64,000 bases of DNA from Candidatus Multivoradales bacterium (GTDB taxonomy: Bacteria; Acidobacteriota; Thermoanaerobaculia; Multivoradales; J023). A program made the position numbers and the translations under genes. The stretch lies in assembly GCA_965248925.1 (NCBI GenBank), contig CBDFLE010000005.1:992001-1056000 (forward strand), in the 5' to 3' direction. Positions 19,862 through 28,041 of this stretch are shown piece after piece. A model generated the notes under the pieces. The model was not told the DNA's origin. It saw nothing but the letters and a program-made list of their open reading frames with translations, and ran no database searches. Each line of letters begins with the position of its first letter. Positions within the stretch are counted from its first letter, which is position 1.

Positions 19862-20626
19862 TCACTTCGCCATTCGCCCGATCAGCCACTCGCTCAAAGC
19901 AGTAGGTAGGCGGGCCAGGAGCTGGATGATCCAGCGCATCTGCCACGGAAACATGACTTCACCACGGCGTCGCTCGAGGGCGTCGGCGATATAGCGCACC
20001 GCGCGATCGGTGGGCCAGAAGAAAGGCATCGGTGCCTTGGTCTTCCGCGTCAGCTCGCTGTCGACAAAGCCTGGACAGAGAGTGGTCACGGCGATTCCGC
20101 GGCGCTTCAGCGAGACCCTCAGTGATTGCAGATGCACCCGCATCGCCGCCTTGCTGCCGCAGTAACTGGCCGAATTCGGCATGCCGAGGTAGGAGGCCAT
20201 GGAGGCCACCCCGACAATGTGACCGCTGCGCCGTTCCCAGAACCCGGGCAGCGCCCAATCGATCATCCGCAACATGCCAAAGAGGTTGATGTCGTACATC
20301 CGCTCCGCCGTGCCCGGCTTAAGTTTGGCCGGGTTTTCGGGATGGCCGTAGCCGGCATTGGCGATGATCATGTCGACGCCATCGAGTTCCCTGGCCAGGT
20401 CGTCAAGAGCCCGGCAAAGAGCCTCAGCATCAGCAACATCCGCCACTGCCCAGGCAGCCTGGCCGCCGGCTTCTTCGATTTCAGCGGCCAGTGCTTCGAG
20501 CCGCTCAGCACGCCTCGCCAGTAGCCCTACTCGCGCACCGCGGCGCGCCAACTCCCTGGCCAGCACGGCACCAATACCGGAAGAAGCACCCGAGATCAGG
20601 ATCGACTTTCCCTCAAGATAAGACAT
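19862..20626 (-). CDS. Short-chain dehydrogenase/reductase
   Basis: Motifs SGASSGIG, NAG and YCGSK (YxxxK). Confidence 0.92.
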   Translation of the reverse strand: MSYLEGKSILISGASSGIGAVLARELARRGARVGLLARRAERLEALAAEIEEAGGQAAWAVADVADAEALCRALDDLARELDGVDMIIANAGYGHPENPAKLKPGTAERMYDINLFGMLRMIDWALPGFWERRSGHIVGVASMASYLGMPNSASYCGSKAAMRVHLQSLRVSLKRRGIAVTTLCPGFVDSELTRKTKAPMPFFWPTDRAVRYIADALERRRGEVMFPWQMRWIIQLLARLPTALSEWLIGRMAK

Positions 20627-20633
20627 AAGAATC

Positions 20634-21419
20634 CTAATTGAGACCCAGCACTAGCGCCGGAACCTCCGCGGCATGAGTGGCCTCGTCCGGAAACACCACC
20701 AAGATAGTGGATGCTGCGTCGCCACCCCACTGCTCCTTCCGCAACAGCCAGGTGCGCACGAACTCAGCCACCGTATGGCGAGCCGGCTCACGGGCAAAGG
20801 CCAGATGTCGCGGATCGTTAGCCAGACCCTCCAAGCGCGGCGTCAGACTGCGCTGCAGATCCGCCAGTTGATCAGCACCGTCGAAACGCAGCCAGCCGGC
20901 GGCGACCCGTTTCTCGATTCCGTCGCTGTGAATTGCCGGCGGCAGGCTGGGGCGAATCGCCGGTGCGTAGACAATGCAAGTGCTCTGCTGGATCTCAATC
21001 CGCCACGGACCCTCGAGGAGCAGGTGATAGCGGTAGGTCACCGGTACCTTGATCTCAGAAACCGTGGTGCCGAGGGAGATCGCGTCCCACAAGATGCGCC
21101 GCTCGTCCGACCGGGTCAGGGTCTCGGTAACGCGGGCGGTAGCCACCTCCAACCGCCCCCCGCCCGCGGACTGCACCTGCGGAATGGCGGCGACGAACGA
21201 CTCGGTCATATCACCGCTCCAGAACTTCCCCGCCAGCTCCTCCGCCCCCCGAGCCGCCGCCGCGGCGACACTAGAAACCGCCCCCGCAGCTCGGTCCACC
21301 CGGGAGAAGGTATCCCGCCACAGCAAATAGGCCAGCACCATGAGGGCGATCAACACCAAGGGCCAGCGGAAGGCGACCAAAGTAGAGCGGGCCGAAGGCT
21401 GGTCAGCAGGAAGGGTCAT
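20634..21419 (-). CDS. Membrane-anchored hypothetical protein (DUF4230-like)
   Basis: N-terminal TM; LEVAT...LGTTVSEIKVPVTYRY pattern. Family call is tentative. Confidence 0.5.
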   Translation of the reverse strand: MTLPADQPSARSTLVAFRWPLVLIALMVLAYLLWRDTFSRVDRAAGAVSSVAAAAARGAEELAGKFWSGDMTESFVAAIPQVQSAGGGRLEVATARVTETLTRSDERRILWDAISLGTTVSEIKVPVTYRYHLLLEGPWRIEIQQSTCIVYAPAIRPSLPPAIHSDGIEKRVAAGWLRFDGADQLADLQRSLTPRLEGLANDPRHLAFAREPARHTVAEFVRTWLLRKEQWGGDAASTILVVFPDEATHAAEVPALVLGLN

Positions 21420-21675
21420 TACCAGCGATCTTATACGCTGCTCCAAAGCCGCGCCTTGCAACCTCAGAAGAAGGTGCCAGAATTTTCAAGTCGGACCGTG
21501 CGCAGTAGGCAACTGTCCACTTTCGCCAGCCACCTAGTAAAACTGTTCACTTCCGAACACCCACAGAATCGCCTCGCCGGCCCACCGCAGGCTCCTACCC
21601 CGCCCTATTGCCGGGACTGCCACTGCTAGAGGACTCACCCGCCCCGCTGGCATGGAGCCTGCACAAGAGGGCACC

Positions 21676-21954
21676 ATGGACCGCGAAATTCCCGCCGCCC
21701 GACAGACCCGCCAGGCTCTTGGTCGCTGGCTCAGTTGGCTGGCGGCTGCCGTGTGCCTGGGAATCGCTCTGCTCGTGCTGCGCTTCTGGATCCGGCCGAG
21801 CATGGATCGCGATGAGATTCGCACCGCGCGGGTCGAACGCGGGGCGGTGAGTGCCAGCGGCGAGGAGGGACTGGCGCTGTTGGCGCGAATCAAGCAACTG
21901 AGCCCCTTCTTCAGCACCAAAGCCCAAGGTCTTGTCGGCCCTGACTGGCTCTGA
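21676..21954 (+). pseudogene. Chimeric remnant: HlyD/MFP adaptor N-terminus + response-regulator fragment + histidine-kinase fragment
   Basis: MDREIP...TM...RTARVERG (adaptor start), SGEEGLALLARIKQL (receiver-like segment) and PFFSTKAQG (HATPase F-box). Confidence 0.6.
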
Positions 21955-22148
21955 AAGGCCCGATCGCCGCAACGCAGCAGCACACATCATGAAGGGCTAG
22001 CCGGAGATCTCCATTCTGATGGCAACCCAGGGTCGTCCGGTCGCCTGGCCGGAGATTCGGATCCGCTCAACCGCTTGCCGCTTGGTAATCTCGTTTCGAC
22101 GGTCGCATCGTGAAAAAGTACTGCATTCCATCAAGCAGCCAATAGCCA

Positions 22149-23564
22149 TCAACCGGCGGCACTCGATAGATCACTCTCGATCCTGTCTCTGACCAAGACC
22201 ACGTCCCACTGCCTCATTACGAGATAGTGTAGATCCGCCGGTGAGTCGAAGATGATGTTGCCTTCGTCGAACCGCATTGGGCCAAACGGCCCGCTTTCTA
22301 CTTGGTCGACGACGACGAACTGTTCGTCGCCCCGTGCGGCCATGTATGCGAGATGTGCACTGTCCGGGCTGAAACAGAGTGCGCTGCCGATAAGCACGTG
22401 ATCGGGTCTGATGCCGGCGCCGTCCAAGACCAAGAGCGGCTCCCCACTCTCTACACCTGCGTAAGCCAAACGATCACTGTTGGGAGAGAATACGGGCCGG
22501 TAAATGAAACTCGAGAATTCGTGCGCTTGCTCTCTACCGTTCAGCACGATCACCGATCTGTCGCCGATCGCCCCACCATAGTCGATTGTTCCAAGATAGA
22601 CGACTTGCCGGCTGTCAGGGCTGAACGTAAACACCGCTCCTGACGTCGGTCCGCTCGCCATGTGGTAGGACGACATGATGGTATCGACTGCGCCGAAATC
22701 TTCGCCGTCGACAAGGGCCCGCCACCGCGAGCCGTCTTTGATCCCGTAGGCGACACGTTGGCTGTCTGGGCTGAAGGCGATGCTGCCGGCCGTCGCACCG
22801 AGCGTTGCGTCATAGAGTTCGGTCTCATTGTCATCAAGGACCACCAGGTTTTTTCCTGCTTGCGCCGCCGAATAGGCAAAGCGGCTGCTGTCAGGGCTGA
22901 AGACGAGACTCGTCAGATGGATGGCTTCGTATTCTTTGTGGGTCTGGCCGTCCAGGACGACGAACATCGTAGTGCCTTCCCGTGCGACATAGGCAAAGCG
23001 ACTGCCGTCCGGACTGAAAACCGCTCCCAACGCCTCATCGTGCTCGCGTAGTGGCTTGCCATTAAGGACGATGACACAGCGCTTGTCCGACTTCACGATG
23101 TAGGCCATACCGCCACCGCTGGGGCTGAAGACCAGTTCGACCGGAGCCGCGTCGTGAGTCATTCCCTCCGTTCCGTCTATGAGCCACGAGTATCCGCGAG
23201 CGGACTTGGTCAGGACTGCGACCTGGGAGGAGTCCGGACTGAAGCGCAATGTTTCGGGAAAAAGGCGCTCGTAGCCTTGTCCTGCGCTGCCGTCGACGAC
23301 CAGGGTGAATCCAGATCGTGACTTGGAGACGTAGGCGAGCCTTTGACTGTCAGGGCTGAACGCAAGACAGCCCAGAACTTTGCCAGGTGCGGCGTCCAGG
23401 GTCGCGTCGACGCCTACTGAGTGCTTTCGATTGAACAGATTGCCATTCTTGTAGACGTAGGCGATCCGAAGACCGTCGGGGCTCGCAATGACCGATCTGG
23501 GCAGCAGCGATGACTCGTCGAGAGACATGACGGTCTGCTCGCTCTGCCGGTTTAATCTAATCAT
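22149..23564 (-). CDS. TolB/WD40-like beta-propeller repeat protein
   Basis: About 10 repeats of FSPD(S/G)xRxAY...VV.DG. Start is uncertain (23564 or 23528). Confidence 0.75.
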   Translation of the reverse strand: MIRLNRQSEQTVMSLDESSLLPRSVIASPDGLRIAYVYKNGNLFNRKHSVGVDATLDAAPGKVLGCLAFSPDSQRLAYVSKSRSGFTLVVDGSAGQGYERLFPETLRFSPDSSQVAVLTKSARGYSWLIDGTEGMTHDAAPVELVFSPSGGGMAYIVKSDKRCVIVLNGKPLREHDEALGAVFSPDGSRFAYVAREGTTMFVVLDGQTHKEYEAIHLTSLVFSPDSSRFAYSAAQAGKNLVVLDDNETELYDATLGATAGSIAFSPDSQRVAYGIKDGSRWRALVDGEDFGAVDTIMSSYHMASGPTSGAVFTFSPDSRQVVYLGTIDYGGAIGDRSVIVLNGREQAHEFSSFIYRPVFSPNSDRLAYAGVESGEPLLVLDGAGIRPDHVLIGSALCFSPDSAHLAYMAARGDEQFVVVDQVESGPFGPMRFDEGNIIFDSPADLHYLVMRQWDVVLVRDRIESDLSSAAG

Positions 23565-23670
23565 CCTCGAGGGTTCCCAAAAAGTGAAGCAGCAGTGACG
23601 GAACGGTACTGCCAACTTCGCCCCGGCCGTGTCAGTGAGACCTGCTCGCTAAGCGCGGCATCACTGTATC

Positions 23671-23901
23671 ATGGGATGTGTTCCGAAGTCTGTAGAAAAG
23701 CACCTGGGCGGAAACCTCAACGCGATCGAACTCGCCATCACCAATGCTCGGCTCGAGGGCATCAACACCGTCATCCAAGGCCTGAAGAGAGCAGCAAGGA
23801 GCTTTCGCAATCGAGAACGCTTTCGCAATGCCATCTACTTCCATCTCGGGGGTTTGGACCTCTATCCAGATTCACTCACCCACACAAGTTCCTGAAGAGC
23901 C
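23671..23901 (+). mobile_element. ISL3-family remnant (transposase C-terminus + right end)
   Basis: ITNARLEGINTVIQGLKRAARSFRN..F..AIYFHLGGLDLYP is the typical ISL3 C-terminus. The remnant ends in GAAGAGCC (23894-23901), the reverse complement of a GGCTCTTC ISL3-type terminus. Confidence 0.8.
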
Positions 23902-24307
23902 AATAATCTTCCGCGTCCCTTGCCAAGAACATCAGGTGCGATGGATCCGCAGTGGCGACCCGCAAGTACCGCCTGTAGCTCTCGACCGCGAGCAGATCGA
24001 GCAAGTGCTGATCAATATTGTCAAGAATGCCCTCGAAGCCATTACCAACGCCGGCAGCTTGGAGATCTCCCTCACCGCCGTCGATCGGCAGGTTGATCTG
24101 CGTATCCTCGACGATGGCTGCGGTCCTGATCCCGAGACCACAGCCCAACTCTGCAGCCCCTTCTTCAGCACCAAAGCCCAAGGCCAGGGCGTCGGCCTGA
24201 CTCTGGCCAAAGAAGTGCTGCACCAGCACGGCTTCGACTTCGCCCTGCAGCCGGCACCAGACGGCCGCACTTACTTTTTGCTACGGATGCCCCTGAGCAC
24301 GCAATAG
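23902..24307 (+). pseudogene. Sensor histidine kinase C-terminal (HATPase_c) fragment truncated by ISL3
   Basis: N-box QVLINIVKNALEA, DDGCG, PFFSTK and GQGVGL are present; no HisKA domain or proper start upstream. Confidence 0.75.
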
Positions 24308-24328
24308 AAATAGCGCCAGGACCAAGAA

Positions 24329-24718
24329 TCAAGAGTCCCACCTACCTCGCTGCCGCCAAAACGCCACAACGAGGCCGACAGCGAAAGCCATAACCACCAG
24401 CAACAGCACCACCAGGCCACTGATCGGTACCCTGGGATAGCGAACCGCCAGATCGAGCCGTGCCAGCTCCACTCCCTCCCCCATCAGCCGCAGCCGCACC
24501 AACCCAGCCCGCCGAGGTCGCCACCTCACCACCCCGTCCACAACCTCAAGTTTTTCCTGCCGCGAAACCTGACTCATCGGCCGATACACCACCTCCAGCC
24601 CATCCCTCTGCCCCCCATCCACCACCTCAACTTCAACCTCCACTCCCGCCACCAACGGCAAGTCCCGCACCACAATCTCCGTCGCCCAAACCCAATCCCC
24701 CCCACCCACCACCAGCAT
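24329..24718 (-). CDS. Small hypothetical protein with C-terminal TM, downstream of the SNF transporter
   Basis: Signal-like N-terminus, beta-rich middle (VVYRPMSQVSRQE) and C-terminal TM. Start uncertain. Confidence 0.45.
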   Translation of the reverse strand: MLVVGGGDWVWATEIVVRDLPLVAGVEVEVEVVDGGQRDGLEVVYRPMSQVSRQEKLEVVDGVVRWRPRRAGLVRLRLMGEGVELARLDLAVRYPRVPISGLVVLLLVVMAFAVGLVVAFWRQRGRWDS

Positions 24719-24745
24719 CACCACCAAAGCCCCGCACCGGTACGC

Positions 24746-24905
24746 CCGGGGCATTCCGGTTGCCTGGAGCGCCGAAAGTAACGGGCCAAGGCAAAGTGTT
24801 CGGCCAAGCATCGCCCGGCACACAGCGCCAAGCCCGGCAGCTCTAGCCACCAACGACCGCCGCGGACCTAAAGGCTCGGCGCGGAAGGCAACTGGAATAC
24901 CCCGG
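24746..24905. repeat. 160-bp element with 30-bp imperfect terminal inverted repeats (MITE/REP-like)
   Basis: CCGGGGCATTCCGGTTGCCTGGAGCGCCGA (24746-24775) matches the reverse complement of 24876-24905, CCGGGGTATTCCAGTTGCCTTCCGCGCCGA, at 25/30 positions. Confidence 0.7.
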
Positions 24906-24906
24906 A

Positions 24907-26475
24907 TCACGCACCACCCCCAACATCCACTTTCTTCATCCGAGTCAGCAGCCAAGCGACCCCAGCCGGTATCGCCAGCCAGCCCACCAGCATCCCTAGC
25001 GGCGCCAGCCGCAAAATCCCCCAACCGGCGCCATAGTTCTCCCCATAAGAACCTCCATAAAGGCCGCCACGAACCTCGCCGACGACTCCACCCAGCAATA
25101 GAGTGGCCAGAACCAGCGGGATACCCACCCCGATCAGATGGTCAAACCAGCGCCCCAAACGCCACCGCGACTGAGCGTTCATTCGCCGGCGAATCTCCGT
25201 CACCCGCCCAGATTGCCCAAGCACCAAACATTGAGCGAGACCGACCACCAACAGGCCGTAGCCAAAAACCCAATGATCCAACAGATCGAGCAGAGTCAGT
25301 CCCAGAGTGCCATTGTTAGTAATCCGAGGGTCCACCACTTGCGGCAACACGAAGCAGCAACTACCCACCGCTCCCAGCGAGCACAGCACCAGCACCACCC
25401 GCCGACGATCAAATCCCAGTTTGTCCCGCAGCGCACAGACCACACTCTCCACCAATGACACCGTCGATGAAAGACCCGCCAGCAACAGCAACGAGAAAAA
25501 CAGCACGCCGAAACTAGCCGCCACCCCACCACCGCCGGGCAATTGGCCGATGCCCAGCGGCACAATAAAGAAAGTCATCGCCAAGGTGCTCGCTTGCGGC
25601 ACCGTGGCAAAGACGAATAAGAGCGAGAAGATAGCAATGCCGGCAATCACTTCGAAACTGCAATTGAGCAACGAGATCAGCAACGCATTGTTGGCCTGAT
25701 CGCTTCGTCTCGGCAAATAAGAGCCATAAGTAGTCATGACCCCGAAACCGATCGACAAAGTAAAGAAAATCTGGCTCACCGCACCCTGCCAAACCGCCAG
25801 CTCGCCCATCGCTCGATAATCTGGAACGAACAAATCCCAGACTCCCTGCTCGCCACCCGGCAGAGTCACCCCGCGCAGCGCCAACAAGACCATCAGCAAC
25901 CACATCAGCGGCACCACGATCCTCGCCGCCCGCTCAATGCTCGCTGGACCCCGCCAGACGACCCAGCCATTGAGCCCCCAGACCACGACGATGAACAGCA
26001 ACGGCCGGTAACTCGCCAGCATGGCGAAGAAAAAGCCACTCGGGTTGGCCAACTCGCCGACCGAAAAGTCGCCAAGAGCCGTCATCGGCGTCCACAGAGG
26101 ACCCAGCGAGCCGACTAGCATGCCCATCACCCAGGCGAGAATCGCCACGTAGTAGAGAGTCAGTAAGCTGGTGTTGACCAACGCCCACCAGCCGAGCCAC
26201 TCACCACGCCTCCCGGCCACTTGGCGCAGAGCCGCCGGATAAGCTCGTCGCTGCTGATGGCCGAGGCCAAGCTCGACAGCCATCAACGGCAATCCGACCA
26301 GCAGGAGGGCCAGCAAATAGGGTAAGTAGAAGCCGCCACCGCCAAAGCGATAGGCATTGGCGGGAAAGAACACCACGTTGCCGAGCCCAATGGCCGAGCC
26401 TGAAGCCGCCAAGATAAAACCGACTCGGCTCCAATTACCGCGCACGTTCGCCTCAGTCTTCGCTAGATTCGACAT
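24907..26475 (-). CDS. Sodium-dependent transporter (NSS/SNF family)
   Basis: Motifs W.SRVGFILAASGSAIGLGN, GGGGFYLPY and QIFFTLSIGFGVMTTYGSY; about 12 TMs. Confidence 0.92.
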   Translation of the reverse strand: MSNLAKTEANVRGNWSRVGFILAASGSAIGLGNVVFFPANAYRFGGGGFYLPYLLALLLVGLPLMAVELGLGHQQRRAYPAALRQVAGRRGEWLGWWALVNTSLLTLYYVAILAWVMGMLVGSLGPLWTPMTALGDFSVGELANPSGFFFAMLASYRPLLFIVVVWGLNGWVVWRGPASIERAARIVVPLMWLLMVLLALRGVTLPGGEQGVWDLFVPDYRAMGELAVWQGAVSQIFFTLSIGFGVMTTYGSYLPRRSDQANNALLISLLNCSFEVIAGIAIFSLLFVFATVPQASTLAMTFFIVPLGIGQLPGGGGVAASFGVLFFSLLLLAGLSSTVSLVESVVCALRDKLGFDRRRVVLVLCSLGAVGSCCFVLPQVVDPRITNNGTLGLTLLDLLDHWVFGYGLLVVGLAQCLVLGQSGRVTEIRRRMNAQSRWRLGRWFDHLIGVGIPLVLATLLLGGVVGEVRGGLYGGSYGENYGAGWGILRLAPLGMLVGWLAIPAGVAWLLTRMKKVDVGGGA

Positions 26476-26587
26476 CGCAACAGCCTACAGTCGGCCGCCC
26501 AGCCAAACCACGGCAAAGGCGGGTCGATCGTGGCGCAATGTCGACGCAATCGCGGGAATCGCTACCAGGAAGTCTTAGAATCAACCA

Positions 26588-27739
26588 ATGAGCGCAGACT
26601 CCAAACAACCGACCCCGGCCGGCGAGAAGATCCTCGAGCGGCTCGCCGAACGGTCCTGGTCGATCGCCGAGATCGAGCGCCGCACACCGCTGACCAAGAA
26701 CACCATCGCCAATGCCATCTACGGTCCGCGGCAGCCGCAACGCAAGACCATCGAGATCCTCGCCACCGCCCTCGACCTACCGATCTCACAGCTCACCCGC
26801 CCCGAATTGGCGGCTATTGACACTGCTCGCTTTGCCAGCTTCGACAGCTGGCTGTTGCGATGGCGCAATCCCAGCCTGTGGATCTGCCTCGCTGGCGCCG
26901 CCCTGACCGCCTTCTTGCTCCGCCACGGTCTATCAGGCGGCGGCCTGTCGCCGGCCGTCCAAGGACTTCACGGCCTAGTCATCCTGGTGCTCTTATTGCG
27001 TCTGCCGCGAGCTTGGGTACGCCCCCGAACCTGGACCGACGCCACGGCTTCCCTACGCCTCGCCGCCGCCGCCGCGAGTGATTTTCGCCGCTACTGGGGA
27101 GCGGCCTGGACCTGTTGGCTGTTCCTCTATCTCGGCCTCACCGCCGGCGCCATATTCGGCCTATTGCCGAGCTCGGAAGTGCCCTACAGCAGTGCTAGCC
27201 GGTGGCTGATCGTCGGCCTGAACCTGATTCAGAACGGTGCCACAGTGATGCTGCTGCTGGGCTACGAAGTACTCGCCCGACCCACTATCGAGGCTGACCT
27301 GACCCGCAAACAGGTGCTGCCCACCGAAGCCTGGTTAGCCTTCGCCCTGCTCCTGCCACTACTCGAAGCGGCGGTGCTGGGGGCCGGCCTGTCGTGGCAA
27401 CTTCAGCAGTGGTTCGGCTGGATCAGCGGTTTCGCCCAGGGCACGGCCCTGGCCTTGATGGTGGGCCGCCTCGACAGCAAATACCTCGAGCCTCCGACCG
27501 TGGTGGTGGCCCTGCTCTACGTTTACGCCGCGATCCAAGGCGCCTGGCCGATGTTTCAATCCCACCACCAGCTGATGTTGGTGCTCACCTTCCTGGCGTT
27601 GGTGCTCAAGTGTTTGCTCTTCCTCTTCGTCGCTTGGTTGTTCGAGAGTCAGGTGCTGCTTTTCTACCTCGAACGGGTGCGACAACTCGACCACGGAGTG
27701 CGTACAGAGCGGGCGGATTATCTAGCACGGATCCAATGA
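26588..27739 (+). CDS. XRE-type HTH fused to an ~8-TM membrane domain
   Basis: N-terminal WSIAEIERRT.LTKNTI...PQRKTIEILATALDL HTH, followed by eight hydrophobic segments. Confidence 0.7.
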   Translation: MSADSKQPTPAGEKILERLAERSWSIAEIERRTPLTKNTIANAIYGPRQPQRKTIEILATALDLPISQLTRPELAAIDTARFASFDSWLLRWRNPSLWICLAGAALTAFLLRHGLSGGGLSPAVQGLHGLVILVLLLRLPRAWVRPRTWTDATASLRLAAAAASDFRRYWGAAWTCWLFLYLGLTAGAIFGLLPSSEVPYSSASRWLIVGLNLIQNGATVMLLLGYEVLARPTIEADLTRKQVLPTEAWLAFALLLPLLEAAVLGAGLSWQLQQWFGWISGFAQGTALALMVGRLDSKYLEPPTVVVALLYVYAAIQGAWPMFQSHHQLMLVLTFLALVLKCLLFLFVAWLFESQVLLFYLERVRQLDHGVRTERADYLARIQ

Positions 27740-28041
27740 AAGAGTCACCAACAACCCACCTCTCGACATCACTAGGCCGGCCCGAGCAGGCCGACGTCAA
27801 GGTTAGGTAAAAGCTCTTCTGGCACTCGAACTCCACAGCGCTGAAGTGCGTAGCTCGCCGTGTGTCCACCGATTCCCGCCCAGGTCGGCCCCCTCGGGCT
27901 AGCAGTCTCTCGTTGCTTTCTACAGCTGCTGCTTGCGCCCCTGCAAGCGCAAACGTAGGATGCCGGAAACACAGCCCAAACACACGACAGTTCCAGCACT
28001 TCTAGCCCAACGAATTACTCGCTCTGCAGAGAGGACCCAGG

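Larger units (their letters stand above)
21901..24183 (+). repeat. 29-bp exact direct repeat AGCCCCTTCTTCAGCACCAAAGCCCAAGG at 21901-21929 and 24155-24183
   Basis: Direct comparison of the two copies; similarity continues a little downstream (GTCGGCC...TGACT). Confidence 0.9.
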
